Source: Longimicrobiales bacterium (lineage in GTDB: Bacteria; Gemmatimonadota; Gemmatimonadetes; Longimicrobiales; Gaopeijiaceae). Taken from it: DNA of 64,000 nucleotides. The notes beneath the pieces are model-generated. The model saw only the letters and a list, made by a program, of their open reading frames with translations. It did no database searches and had not been told where the DNA came from. Where the stretch lies: contig CBDCKN010000015.1 in assembly GCA_965218295.1 (NCBI GenBank), positions 288,001 to 352,000 of the forward strand, read 5' to 3'. Numbering within the stretch: the stretch's first letter is position 1; each line of letters starts with the position of its first letter. The position numbers were made by a program, and so were the translations under genes. Shown here piece by piece: positions 1 to 10,630 of this stretch.

Positions 1-132
1 TCCGTCCACCGGGGGCGCTGCAAGGCGCACCTTGAGGGCGTCTCCGTGAAGGCCCACCACCTCCGAGCGGCTGGCCCGAGGCTGGGCGTGGATCACGATC
101 TCCACGCCGCCTTCAAGCTCTCGGACCGTCAC
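1..132 (-). CDS. DUF167/YggU (UPF0235) family protein, 5' part; runs off the window
   Basis: Manual translation from GTG at 132: VTVRELEGGVEIVIHAQPRASRSEVVGLHGDALKVRLAAPPVDG, with the family's QPRASR...LKVR.AAPPVDG pattern. Confidence 0.8.
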   Translation of the reverse strand, partial: MTVRELEGGVEIVIHAQPRASRSEVVGLHGDALKVRLAAPPVDG

Positions 133-150
133 GAGCGGGACACTAGACGC

Positions 151-336
151 TCACCGTGAGCGCCGGACGGCGTCGATCAGCTTCTGGAGCTGGAGGCGCT
201 GCGGCGGTTGGGGGTCGAACCAGGAACGCAAGAGGGAGTCGTGGCGGGAGATGTCGAATGCCATGAATACGCCCATGAGGATGAGCGCCAGGACAATCAA
301 GACCCGCCCGAAGTCTCGCTTCCGTCCCGATGGCAT
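151..336 (-). CDS. Small single-pass membrane protein
   Basis: 61 aa, one hydrophobic helix, sits between co-oriented genes. Confidence 0.55.
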   Translation of the reverse strand: MPSGRKRDFGRVLIVLALILMGVFMAFDISRHDSLLRSWFDPQPPQRLQLQKLIDAVRRSR

Positions 337-357
337 GTCATCCCTGCCGAGGTGGGA

Positions 358-948
358 CTACTCGACGGGTGGCACGTCCAGGGGTCGCACGTCTACGGGT
401 CGCACGTCCATTGTGACCTGAACGGCGACGTGGCCCATGTCTGCACGATCCCGGAGGGCGTCTCGGATCCTCGGCTCGACCTTCTTGTACGCCGCCTTGA
501 CTCCGTCCCGGATCTCGAGCCGGAGCACCTTGAGGGCGTTGACGTCCGGGCGGCTCGTCTTCGTCTCCTTCTTCGCCTCTACCAGGTGGTCCGGGAGGAC
601 CTCGAAGGGGGCCATCCCCACGTCGTCGGGACGAGGAGAGTCGATATACTGAATGGCCACCGAGACATCACCGCGGGCGTGATGCGTGGGGATTTCACCC
701 ACGGCTCGGAAGTGGGATGCCAGCTTCCCGAGCTCCACGTTGGAGGCGGCCCTAGTGTAACTGCGCTCGACGATGCCGAATATACGCCGCATGCGCTCCG
801 GCGTGGTGGCGTCGATGTCGGGAACCTCCGTGTCGAGCTCTTTCCCGATGGCATGTCGATCCTGGCCTGCGTGGCCTTCCTCTTCCCGGCTTCGTTGCCG
901 GTCGATGTTCTCTAGGATGCGATCAGGGTTCGTCCGAAGGCCCATCAT
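358..948 (-). CDS. Hypothetical protein
   Basis: 196 aa with normal high-GC codon usage; C-terminal DVRP repeats from a 15-bp triplication at 365-409. Confidence 0.65.
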   Translation of the reverse strand: MMGLRTNPDRILENIDRQRSREEEGHAGQDRHAIGKELDTEVPDIDATTPERMRRIFGIVERSYTRAASNVELGKLASHFRAVGEIPTHHARGDVSVAIQYIDSPRPDDVGMAPFEVLPDHLVEAKKETKTSRPDVNALKVLRLEIRDGVKAAYKKVEPRIRDALRDRADMGHVAVQVTMDVRPVDVRPLDVPPVE

Positions 949-981
949 CTCTCTCCATCATCACGGGAAGCCCCGTGGTCA

Positions 982-1482
982 GTGTCCCTTGAGTCATCAA
1001 CGATAACCGGTGCGGTCGGCCGAGGCCAAGAGGACTCGGGTGCCGCCGGCCCGCTTTTCAACGCGACCTCGCTCGCCTATGATCTGCTTCTCAAGCTTCC
1101 TCCGCCCGGAATCATGCCGGGCGACAGTTGGGTGGACACGGAGGCGACCACGACGGGTGGGGTACGGCTTCTGCCTCTGGCCTCTGATCGCATCCAGGAG
1201 CTCATGAGGCTATATCCGTACTTCGACGCGGGGGAGATTCCCGCCAGAGTGTATCCCGGCGTGGACGAGTCTCTTCGGACGGCGGTGCTGCTGAACTGGG
1301 TCGTGGCGCCCCGGCGACTGTCGAACGACGTCGTAATGAGTGTGCTGAACGTTTTGACAGACGAGCGTGTCACCTTGGAGCGGGTTCATAACATGGCCCG
1401 CCAGATCGATCTCGATGACTTGCAAGATTCTCCCATCCCGCTTCACCCCGGGACGGAGAGATGGTGGATAGAGGGACGATGA
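982..1482 (+). pseudogene. C-terminal fragment of a TAXI-family TRAP solute-binding protein fused to unrelated sequence
   Basis: VRLLPL...YPYF..GEIPARVYPGVD...IPLHPGTERWW is a TAXI C-terminus; the N-terminal two-thirds and signal peptide are absent. Confidence 0.6.
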
Positions 1483-1542
1483 GCGAACGCGCTGCTTTGC
1501 TATACTCCGGCCGGCGTTCACGTCGGGTTACCGACTGGCGCT

Positions 1543-2718
1543 GTGAGCCCTTTGGGTGAGCCCGCCGTCCTCTCCTGCCAGCGGGAATCCTTCAGCCTTC
1601 CCGACGAAGTCCACTACCTGAACTGCGCCTACTTCAGCCTCCTTCCCAAGGCCACCGAAGAAGCCGGCATAGCCGGGATCCTGCAGAAGCGTAGACCCAT
1701 GGTGGTCCAGGCCTCGGATTTCTTCACAGAGAGCGATCGTGCACGTGAGCTGTTCGCCCGCCTCGTGGGAGTCTCCGAACCGAACCGCATCGCGATCATC
1801 CCGTCCGCTTCGTACGGAGTGGCGGTGGCGGCCCGCAACCTTGCGGTGGAGCAGGGGCAGAACATCGTGCTGCTCCACGAGCAGTTTCCCGGCAACGTCT
1901 ATGCTTGGAGGCGGAAGGCCGACGAGTCGGGAGCCCAGGTCCGCACGGTCGTGCCGCCCGACGGCCCGCGTCGCGGCTCCGCCTGGAACGAGCGCCTCCT
2001 GGAGGCCATCGACGTGGACACGGCGGTTGTCACCGTGCCCCACGTCCACTGGACCGACGGCACGGTCTTCGACCTTCCGGCCGTGGGGGCACGGGCTCGG
2101 GAGGTGGGCGCCGCCCTGGTCGTCGACGCCACACAGTCGGTGGGTGCCATGCCCTTCGACGTGGGGGAGATCCAGCCTGATGCCCTCATTGTGGCCGGCT
2201 ACAAGTGGCTCTTGGGACCCTACTCCATCGGCGCGGCCTACCTCGGATCCCGCTTCGACGACGGCATTCCTCTCGAAGAGACCTGGATCGGGCGCGAGCG
2301 GAGTGAAGAGTTCCAGCACTTGGTGGATTACCAGTCGGCCTACCAGCCCGGTGCCATCCGGTACGACGTCGGGGAAAAATCGAACTTCATCCTCGTCCCC
2401 ATGTTCGTTGCCTCCCTCGGCCTGGTCCTGGAGTGGACTCCGGAGGAGGTGCGGGAGTATTGCCGCCGGCTCGGGGAGACGCTGATCCAGGAGGCGGTCT
2501 CCATCGGATTCTCCCTGGAGCAGGACGAGTGGCGTGCGGCGCACCTATTCGGCCTGCGCATGCCCGAGGGCCTCGAGCTGACGGCCCTCAAAGCCGAGCT
2601 GGAGGCCCGGAAGATCTTCGTGTCGCTGCGGGGGAGCGCCCTCAGGGTCTCGCCTCACCTGTACAACGACGAGGACGACGTGGGCGCCCTGATCGACGCC
2701 CTGAGGGCCGTGGTCTAG
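1543..2718 (+). CDS. Class V PLP-dependent aminotransferase (cysteine desulfurase/selenocysteine lyase-like)
   Basis: YLNCAY, VVDATQSVG, AGYKWLLGPYSIG (PLP Lys), LRVSPHLYNDEDD. Confidence 0.88.
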   Translation: MSPLGEPAVLSCQRESFSLPDEVHYLNCAYFSLLPKATEEAGIAGILQKRRPMVVQASDFFTESDRARELFARLVGVSEPNRIAIIPSASYGVAVAARNLAVEQGQNIVLLHEQFPGNVYAWRRKADESGAQVRTVVPPDGPRRGSAWNERLLEAIDVDTAVVTVPHVHWTDGTVFDLPAVGARAREVGAALVVDATQSVGAMPFDVGEIQPDALIVAGYKWLLGPYSIGAAYLGSRFDDGIPLEETWIGRERSEEFQHLVDYQSAYQPGAIRYDVGEKSNFILVPMFVASLGLVLEWTPEEVREYCRRLGETLIQEAVSIGFSLEQDEWRAAHLFGLRMPEGLELTALKAELEARKIFVSLRGSALRVSPHLYNDEDDVGALIDALRAVV

Positions 2719-3063
2719 TCGACTTCCTGTATCACGACCCCGTCATCGCCCGCTCCGCGTTGACCCGGATTTAACGCTCGATCCCCCAACGAGGTCTCCC
2801 TTGTCATGGCGAGAGGCGAAGGGGGCCGCGCGCACGGCATGGCGCCATCGCTCGGAACCTCGAGCACGTTGGTGGTCTTGAGGGATTTTGTTAGCGCAAA
2901 TGCCGGAGGAAGCTTGCTTTCAAGCCTAGTTGTGGGTATGTGGATGACGAGGTCCGCTTCTTGCTGAACCCTCTCACACCGGACATGGGAAGCACAGATC
3001 AAGTCGCGGAATTGAGATGCCGAGACGATAGCTTCTCGGCTGAAGGCCTCATGAGGAGACAGT

Positions 3064-3285
3064 TTGGTGACCGACGAAGCTGGGGATGATGTCCGCTACA
3101 TCGTAGTGATCAACCACGAAGAGCAATACTCGATCTGGCCCGAAGGCGACGGAGAACTGCCGGAAGGGTGGACGGAGGTGGGCAAGAGCGGTAGTCGCGA
3201 GGAGTGCCTCGATCACATCGGGGAGGTCTGGACCGACATGCGGCCTAAGAGCGTGCGGGAGCGGATGGACGCGGCCGACGACTAG
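3064..3285 (+). CDS. mbtH: MbtH-like NRPS accessory protein
   Basis: [10 protein letters not shown]...LPEGW...[20 protein letters not shown] signature. Confidence 0.95.
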   Translation: MVTDEAGDDVRYIVVINHEEQYSIWPEGDGELPEGWTEVGKSGSREECLDHIGEVWTDMRPKSVRERMDAADD

Positions 3286-3289
3286 CAAG

Positions 3290-4102
3290 CTAGCTACGGC
3301 CTAGCGCGTCCGCACCGCTGGGTGCGCTCCACCGGTCCGGTGCCAGTAGACGTGCGTCGACATCCCAGGCACTGATCGGACTCGGCCTCCACCGCGTCGC
3401 CAGGGCGCCCGCGAAGTCGTCGCCGACATCGAGAGCGGTGAGGGACCACTCTCTCCCCAGCTGACCATCGCCCTCGATCGCCAGGACTTGAGGAGCGTCG
3501 TCCGGGGCGAGCGAGACGTCGAAGCGATCCAATGATAGAAAGAGCCCTTCGCCGAGCGCCTTGACGAAGGCCTCTTTGCGGGTCCAACAGTTGAAGAACG
3601 CGCGTTGTCGGCCGTCACCCGGGATGCGTCGATAGCTTTCGACTTCCGCGGCGGAGAAGAAGCGCTCGGCGATGTCGTCGGCGTCGGCCAGGTCGCGGAG
3701 GAGCTCGATGTCGATCCCCAGGGGGCCGCGTCGCGACACCGCGAAGACGGCTCGTTCGGAAGAATGGGAGACGTTGAAGTGGAGATCTGGCTCGCCGACC
3801 AGCGATGGCTTGCCCTTAGGCCCGTACTCGAAGACCAGGTGTTTCGGCGGCGTCGAGCAGTACCGACCCAGCAGCGTGCGGAGGGCGCCTTGAGCGACGA
3901 TGAAGCGGCGACGATGCCGATCGAATCGGAATCGAGCCGCACGTTGCCTCTCGTCGGCTGACAGGAGGCGGCCGAACGTTGAGATGTGGCCAGGGTCGGC
4001 CCGGAGGTCGACGCTCCAGATGTGTGCCTCGTCGCCGGAGAGGACTGGCGGGTCGAGGGGGGGCCGATCGTAACGCTCGAAGCGAACCGGCTCCGGGGTC
4101 AT
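3290..4102 (-). CDS. Sfp/HetI-type 4'-phosphopantetheinyl transferase
   Basis: YGPKGKP, FNVSHS, LGIDIE, WTRKEAFVKALGEGL. Confidence 0.95.
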   Translation of the reverse strand: MTPEPVRFERYDRPPLDPPVLSGDEAHIWSVDLRADPGHISTFGRLLSADERQRAARFRFDRHRRRFIVAQGALRTLLGRYCSTPPKHLVFEYGPKGKPSLVGEPDLHFNVSHSSERAVFAVSRRGPLGIDIELLRDLADADDIAERFFSAAEVESYRRIPGDGRQRAFFNCWTRKEAFVKALGEGLFLSLDRFDVSLAPDDAPQVLAIEGDGQLGREWSLTALDVGDDFAGALATRWRPSPISAWDVDARLLAPDRWSAPSGADALGRS

Positions 4103-4872
4103 GGAAGGACTCCCTCGAGCATGGCGGCAATTCGCTCGGGCAGGGCGCGGCTCTCGAGCAGACCGAAGTGGTCACCCGGCAGCAGATGGAGATCGAACGG
4201 GCCGTCGGAGACCGCGCTCCACAGTCGCATGGACCCCTCGGGCACGGTGTCATCGTCGCGGCCGCCGAACACGACGATCGGGCAGGTCAGGGGCGGTCGC
4301 GTCGTCGGCCGGTAGGTATCATGGATCTCGAAGTCGGCCCGCAGGAGTGGCAGCACCAACTCCAGCAACTCTTCGTTCTCGAGAACGCCGTCAGGTGTTC
4401 CCGAGAGATCCCGCAGGCGCTGCTTGAACTCGTCGTCCGGGAGGTGGTACATCCTGGGCGAGGTGGGTGGGAGCTGCGGCGCGGCGCGAGCTGCTACGAT
4501 CAGCAGCTGCGGCTCCATACCGTGCTCCATGCGAAGGCGATGAGCCCACTCGAAGGCAACCGTCGCCCCCATGCTGTAGCCGAACAGCACGAAGGGACGA
4601 TCGAGCATCGGGCCGAGAGCCGCGTCGATGGCCTCGATCAACCTCTCGATGCTGGAGATGGCAGTCTCGCGAATGCGGTGCTCGCGTCCGGGCGGTTGGA
4701 CGGGGCAGACTTCGACATCGGCCGGCATGATGCCTTGCCAGCTGCGGTAGGCACTGGCGCCGCCACCGGCATAGGGAAGACAGAACAGGCGCACACGGCT
4801 TTCCGGGAGCTGGCGATAGTACGCCAGCCAGCGCCCCCCGCATCGCTCCGACGCCATCGAGATCCCTCTCAT
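4099..4872 (-). CDS. Type II (editing) thioesterase
   Basis: LFCLPYAGGGAS, GYSMG nucleophile elbow, LRADF, PGDHF. Confidence 0.93.
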   Translation of the reverse strand: MRGISMASERCGGRWLAYYRQLPESRVRLFCLPYAGGGASAYRSWQGIMPADVEVCPVQPPGREHRIRETAISSIERLIEAIDAALGPMLDRPFVLFGYSMGATVAFEWAHRLRMEHGMEPQLLIVAARAAPQLPPTSPRMYHLPDDEFKQRLRDLSGTPDGVLENEELLELVLPLLRADFEIHDTYRPTTRPPLTCPIVVFGGRDDDTVPEGSMRLWSAVSDGPFDLHLLPGDHFGLLESRALPERIAAMLEGVLP

Positions 4873-5726
4873 AAGCGGTCGAGGTGAGCGATCAGAGGAC
4901 TGCCCGCTTGCCGCAGCGAAGCGTCCCAGCTGGCGAATGCCGTGCGGAAGTCGACAGCGCTCTGGCGCAGGAAAGCTTCCGCCGCTCCTTCGGGCGAGCG
5001 GCGCCGGGAGTCGACGTGGAGCAGGTAGTGCAAGGCGCTACGGTGACGGCAAAGCTCCACGAAATCGGAGTAGCGCATCGGTGTCTCGTACAATTCCATC
5101 GCCTCGAGCTTGCGCTCCAGATGGCTAGAGACGTCCACCACCCAGTTGGTTGTCGGCAGCGCGTCCCAGACCTCGAAGCTGCAGATCATCGCTTGGCTCT
5201 CGCTCGCCTGCAGCACACGGGCCAGCAGCGCGTTCGCGGCATAGTGGTCGAAGTGGTGCTCGAAGTAGGACGGCAGGTAGATCGAGTCCGGACGATGATC
5301 CTCGAAGAGGCGGCGCAGATCGGCCTCCGCCCGGCGCGGATCGAGGCAGGTGTCCCGGTGATTCCAGAAGATCTGCTCCAGCCCGAGAAGCTCGCCAACA
5401 GCCTCGGCCTCACGCCGTCGGGTCCGGATGAGCGACTCGCGATCCCCGTCGTCGCCGCCACCATCCGTCAGATATACGACCGTGACGTCGCCGCCGGCAT
5501 CGCTATGGCCGATAAGCGTTCCGCCGGGTCCGATGATCTCGTCGTCGGGGTGGGGTGCTAGGACCAGCACCTGCTCTTGTGGCAGCTCGCGAGCGATCTC
5601 GACGCCGGTTGGCGAAAAAGCGGCCGATCCGCCGAGGTGCCTCAGCACGGATCGCCAGGCCGAAGATGGGCCGGAGGAGAGGAGCCGCGCCAGGCCGTGA
5701 CCGAGAGATGTGGGGAAGATCGGCAT
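4869..5726 (-). CDS. PIG-L family deacetylase
   Basis: VLAPHPDDE..G.GGT, YLTDG, RRREA, HFDH. Confidence 0.9.
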   Translation of the reverse strand: MPIFPTSLGHGLARLLSSGPSSAWRSVLRHLGGSAAFSPTGVEIARELPQEQVLVLAPHPDDEIIGPGGTLIGHSDAGGDVTVVYLTDGGGDDGDRESLIRTRRREAEAVGELLGLEQIFWNHRDTCLDPRRAEADLRRLFEDHRPDSIYLPSYFEHHFDHYAANALLARVLQASESQAMICSFEVWDALPTTNWVVDVSSHLERKLEAMELYETPMRYSDFVELCRHRSALHYLLHVDSRRRSPEGAAEAFLRQSAVDFRTAFASWDASLRQAGSPLIAHLDRL

Positions 5727-5734
5727 CGTCGGCG

Positions 5735-6562
5735 TCAGCTTCCGGGCCTGGCAGCCAGCGCAACCAGATCATTGGCGAACCGGCCGATCGGCGTCCATTT
5801 GGCGAGCCGGGAAAAGAGGCGGTTGAGCGTCAGCTCGCCGTCGACGCCGATGACCGGACCGATGACTGCGTAGTTGACGAAGCCGTGCGGCCGGAAGGCC
5901 AATGTCTCGAAGCCGGCGTCGTCCAGCAGACGGCGCAACCTGCCAATCGAGTAGGTGTGGTTTGAGATAGCCAGGAGCTGCTCGAACTCTTTCCAGTCGC
6001 CACGACCCAAGGCGACCTCGACGCGACGCCGGGCGTTCCTGACCAGATTCCAGACACCGAACAAGTTGCCGACTCGACGGCCGATGGGTCCCGAGATCAC
6101 CAGCCGACCGCCGGGTCGCAAGAGTTGGCGCAAACGCTTCAACGTCGCTCGTTCGTCCTCCTGGTACTGCAGGAAGCCGAGGGCGTAGATGACGTCGAAG
6201 GGCCCGGAGCCGAGCTCCATTTGCAGACTGTCGCCGCAGGCGAGGTGCACAGACGGCTCCTCGACGCCGGCCCCGTGCAGGGCATCGCGACAGAGTTCAA
6301 CCATGCGGGGGGAGAGGTCGACGGCTGTCACATGGTATCCACGGCGGGCCAGGGCGACGGTCAAGAGGCCAGCACCGCAGCCGGCGTCGAGGGCCGATGC
6401 GTCGGAGGCAACGTCCTCAGTGAGCGTCAGCGCCAGACGCAGCCGCTCGCCGAGAACGACATCATTGGCGCTGCGCGGTTGCCGATAGGCTCGTGACCAG
6501 TCCTCGGCATGCGAGTCGAAGTAGGAGCGAACACGCTCGGTGTGATCGCCGACGCCAGTCAT
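5735..6562 (-). CDS. Class I SAM-dependent methyltransferase
   Basis: ALDAGCGAG, VDLSPRM, LLRPGGRL. Confidence 0.9.
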   Translation of the reverse strand: MTGVGDHTERVRSYFDSHAEDWSRAYRQPRSANDVVLGERLRLALTLTEDVASDASALDAGCGAGLLTVALARRGYHVTAVDLSPRMVELCRDALHGAGVEEPSVHLACGDSLQMELGSGPFDVIYALGFLQYQEDERATLKRLRQLLRPGGRLVISGPIGRRVGNLFGVWNLVRNARRRVEVALGRGDWKEFEQLLAISNHTYSIGRLRRLLDDAGFETLAFRPHGFVNYAVIGPVIGVDGELTLNRLFSRLAKWTPIGRFANDLVALAARPGS

Positions 6563-6937
6563 CCCGCCCGCCCGGCTCCGCGTCCGAGCGACCGGTCAGC
6601 CCGCCGTCTTGGAAATCCTTCGCGGCTCTGACGAGGCCGAGTGTAAGCGGCGTCGACCCCGTCGTCAGGATCAGACGTGTTAGGACTGAGATCGAGGCAG
6701 GACCTTGAATCCCCGCGTGGACGGCCTCCTGGACCAGAGGCCGATCGCAGAGTTCCGCGAGGCGGCTCGCCGGTAATGCCGTTAGGAGTAGCCCAAGTTC
6801 GTGAATCGTCGAGTAACATAGCTCATCTCACAGCGGCAGAAACTCGGTCCCTACATGTAGAGAAACATGTAGACCCCTCGCTCGTCTTCGAATGGAGGGT
6901 CTCGTCTAAACTAAGCTAATGCAGCAAGTTACCTCAA

Positions 6938-6981
6938 TCGGGGCACCCGGAGTCGAACCGGGGACCTCCTGCTCCCAAAGC
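6938..6981 (-). mobile_element. 3' fragment of tRNA-Pro(UGG); probable att site of an integrative element
   Basis: Minus strand reads GCTTTGGGAGCAGGAGGTCCCCGGTTCGACTCCGGGTGCCCCGA (anticodon loop, T-arm, acceptor 3' strand); no D-arm or 5' acceptor strand upstream. Confidence 0.8.
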
Positions 6982-7140
6982 CATCGAAGCACGACAGGCT
7001 ACCGCAAAGAAGTGGACGACCCGCCATCCGCTGCTAAGACGGAGTTGGTGTGCGAGCCAAACGACGAGTTTATCTGGCTGCGCATCCATGCACCTGTCGA
7101 ACTTAGGCCACTTCTCGAGGAGGCGATCCGGCAGTCTCGC

Positions 7141-7320
7141 AAACCAAAGAGCCGCAGAGGTTGGGTATTCAGGAAGGCGCGCCGGCTGTTACCGCACCTC
7201 CTCACCAGCCCGATTCGAGTCATGCCGGACTTTGTCATCATTGGCGCGGCGCGCTATGGAACCTCATCGCTGTACTTGTGGCTCACGAAACATCCGAATA
7301 TCGCCGCGACTCGCCGGGAC
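7141..7320 (+). pseudogene. N-terminal fragment of a sulfotransferase
   Basis: MPDFVIIGAARYGTSSLYLWLTKHPNI resembles the 5'-PSB motif; it then runs into the antisense of the glycosyltransferase. Confidence 0.65.
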
Positions 7321-8423
7321 TCAGTGGTCCCAAGTGCTGGACTTCGGACGCACCGGGACGGGCGGCCACGACTGCGCGCCCCGTTCGGAAAGCTCGCGGG
7401 TCCGGGCCGACGGCTGGGGTTCGCGTCGCTGCCAGTGTACGAGGTGCCCGAGCACGACGGCCAGTCCGCTCACGAAATAATACGTGAGGTGCAGCGGGAT
7501 CACGGCGAGCAAGAAACCCACACCGCGCCCGCGGTATATGAACCGGTAGAGATCCACGTTCAGGGCCATGATCGTCGCAAAGAGGAGCGGGATGATCCCG
7601 AGCGACTCCCACCGTCCGAGCAGGAGAACGAGCCCGGGGGTGACGCAGGCGAGGCCCAGCAGCGTCACGCAGACCTTTTCCTTGAACTTTATGTTGAGCT
7701 GATCCCCGCCCCCCCCTCGCGAAGTATGAGGGTCATCCAAGGGATGCCCCGGTGAAATAGGTCGCCGCAGAGAAGGTCGCGGAGAGTCCAGCCCTTCAGG
7801 TGCGTCCCTTGGATGGTGGGGTCGAGCAAAATCCGGTACCCCGCGTGGACGATGCGCCGTCCGAGTTCGATGTCTTCGATCTGGGGGCGCTCGTAACGCC
7901 ACTCGTCGTACTTGTCGACCTCCATGAAAACGTTTGCCCGCACGGCGCCCAGGCCCGCCCAAAACGTTCCGGCGTCGCCGGCACCCCGGTGATGATGGTA
8001 GTGGTGGAGGAGGTTCCGGTAGCGCGACACCACGCCTTGGGCCGGAGGCTGGTCGTCGTATGAACCGAAGACTGCGCCCAGATCGGGGTGCGCCCGGAAG
8101 CTCTCGGCGAACTGCCGCAGCGACGAGGCGTGGACACGGACGTCCGCGTCAACGAAGACCAGGACATCACTACGGCTTACCTCGAAGCCACGGTTGCGCG
8201 CAAACGCCAGTCCGTGGGCCTCGCCCGGCAGGCGAACCACGGTGTCGGCGTACTCGGCCGCGACCAGCGCCGTCCGATCCTGACTCGCGTCGTCGATGAC
8301 GATCAGCTCCCACTCCTCCTTCGGGAGGTCGCTGCGCCTGAGCACTCCGAGTGTATCGGGAAGGAGGGACTGGCCCTGGTGCGCCGGGACGATCACGGAG
8401 AGGAACGGGCGGCTCCGGCTCAC
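7321..8423 (-). pseudogene. GT2 glycosyltransferase, frameshifted
   Basis: LSVIVPA, IVIDDASQDRT, ARNRG, VFVDAD, IEDIELG; the membrane C-terminus continues in another frame after a G8 run at 7709-7716. Confidence 0.8.
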
Positions 8424-9168
8424 AGTGGCAGTCCAGTTCGGCCAAAACGCTGCGGATCCGGCGGGCACCAGCGCGCAGCCAGACGAATCGGCGGAAGCTC
8501 TCGGTTCCCCAACGCTCCAGGACGCCGTGCCGACGGAGGTAGAACGCGTCCAGCCGAGGAAGCTCGAAGCGGGATTCGGGCACGGAGCCCAGAAGTGCCA
8601 TTTCTGTCGTGACCGCAGTCGCGTAACCCGCGCTCTCGACAGCCTCCACGGTGTTGGCATCGTAACGGCCGTACGGGTAAGCGAATGCGGTTGGGAGCGT
8701 GCCGGTTTCTCCAGCAATCGCGTCGCAGCAGACCTCGAGCTCTGAGCTCAGGGGCGCGCCTGTGAGCGCGCGCAGGTCAGGGTGCGTGCGGGAGTGCCCT
8801 CCAAGCTCGACGCCCTCGCCAGCCAGCTCCGCAAGGGTCGATCAGTCCATCAACGGAAGGCGGGGGATACGCACGTCCCCCGAGTCCCAGCCGTTGTCCC
8901 GTCCGACCCGGTCGCTCACTACGAACACCGTGGCCGGCAAACGATGGGCGCGGAGGATTGGCCATGCGTCGGTCGCGAAGTTCTCGAAACCGTCGTCGAA
9001 GGTCAACGCGATCCCCTCCGCGCACTCCGGCTGAACCAAATCGGATAGGGGCCGTACCGGCACATTCGCGGCGCACAGCCATTCGACGTGGCGACGGAAC
9101 GTATCACGGTCGACCGAGATGACGGAGTCCGAGCCATCGATCGAGTGGTACGTGACGATAGCCTTCAT
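8420..9168 (-). pseudogene. Polysaccharide deacetylase (NodB-like) with an internal TGA
   Basis: YHSI, LTFDDG, ATVFVV, PLMD-TGA(8842-8844, Trp position), then GGHSRTHPDL and FAYPYG in the same frame. Confidence 0.85.
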
Positions 9169-9185
9169 GACATCCTGGGCGGCCT

Positions 9186-9296
9186 TCAGGCCGAGGCCTC
9201 GGCATCGTCGATCCCCTCTGATTGGCCCTCCGGGATCTTGATCTCCTCGTGGTACTCGTAATCCGTGTTCACCAGCCAGACGTCATGGTCGGCCCC
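9186..9296 (-). pseudogene. C-terminal remnant of a glycan-cluster FAD-dependent oxidoreductase
   Basis: Manual translation GADHDVWLVNTDYEYHEE..., the tail typical of that family; the upstream part is missing. Confidence 0.5.
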
Positions 9297-10150
9297 AGAA
9301 TCCGTCCCAGGTCGCTACATCCAGAACCCGGAGCCCGTCCATCCGATCGGGCAGCCGGTACAAATCGAGCGTCCCTCGGTGATCGAACATTCCGGGCGTG
9401 ACGATGCCGGCGCCGAGGTCGATCGTGTGATACCAGTCGACAGCTCCGATCTCCTGCCCGTCGAAAATCCCCAGTTCCGCGCGAAGGGCCCCTAGTCGAC
9501 TCTTGGCGTTCGGAACTTGCTCGGACGCCTGCCGCACCAGGTCGATCGCCTCTTGCTTTTGGCCAAGAGTGACCAAGGCGCGTCCGAGGAACTCATAGCA
9601 ATCTACCATTTCGGGTGCGACTTCGATTGCCCCTCGGAATGCTTCGACGGCATCGCTCAAGCGCACCCTCTTGAGGCAAGCCTGCCCGAGCCGGAAGTGG
9701 ACGGATGCCACATCTGGCTTCAGTTCGATGGCTCGCCGGCAGGCAGCAATCGCGTCGTCCCAACGGCCCAGCTCATATACAGCCTTCGCGTGTGCTTCGT
9801 GAGAGGCAAACGTATCGGGCGCCAACTCGATCGATCGCTCATACGCTTCCGCTGCCTCCTCCCACCGCGCCAGTGCCAGAAGCGCCATGCCGCGATATCC
9901 GTGAGCCTCTGCTTGGTCCGGCACGATTTCGGCGGCCTCCGTGAACGCGGTTTCCGCCTTACCCAAGGACCCTTGGTTCAGCCGGGCGATTCCGAGACCC
10001 TGGAGGCTTCCCCAACAGTTCGGGTCCCTTGCGATCAACCAACGTCTCAAATTGTGCAGCAGCTCGTTCCCATTGTTCGCTCTCCAGGAATTTGACACCA
10101 CGTTTTCTTCCTAAAGAAGCCAAAGAGCCATCCAGTCTGAACAGCTTCAT
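9283..10150 (-). pseudogene. TPR protein fused to a truncated methyltransferase N-terminus
   Basis: Several TPR repeats, then WYHTIDLG..TPG...RVLDVATWDGFW and an abrupt stop; 5' frameshift from an apparent GTTG duplication near 10040. Confidence 0.7.
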
Positions 10151-10630
10151 TCACGTGATCCCTTGGTATTGACAACCATGATTGCGACGAACGGCGTCCC
10201 TTCCGGGGACCTCGTGGGCGGACATGCCCACGGATGTCGAGGAAGTGTGACGAATGGGGGCGGCTCGGTCAAACGAACCCTAGAAGTCGTCCGGTCGCCC
10301 GCGCGTCATTCGACCCGCCCCCTTCGGCGCTGGATCTGACCCGCCTCGGCCAACAACGATGACGTCCCACTCCTCTCGCTCTGGATGCGTGGGGATGTAG
10401 TCGGCCACCGACATGTCAGGTTCTCCTCGCGACGCGAATCAGCCTGAGCGAAGTCGCCGACTATCCCCTCTGCGGATCGCTGCGGCTGGAGACACCAAGG
10501 CGAGAATCCAACAAATCCTGGACACTCGGCCCAAGGCCGCGTAGCCTCAGATCAATTTCGAATCAGGGCTGATAGCGTCTATGGACCTCGCTGCGACACC
10601 TGCTGACATCGACTCGAATGGAGACAACCT

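Noticed and set aside
2715..3002. 95-aa minus-strand ORF at the island's left edge
   Set aside because: No recognisable motif, atypical codon usage, weak start
6919..7755. 278-aa ORF from the track
   Set aside because: Composite of antisense tRNA (GAPGVEPGTSCSQS), a sulfotransferase stub and antisense GT2
8842..8844. In-frame TGA in the polysaccharide deacetylase as possible selenocysteine
   Set aside because: It falls at a conserved Trp position (LMDW), not Cys, in a region full of lesions; a nonsense mutation is simpler
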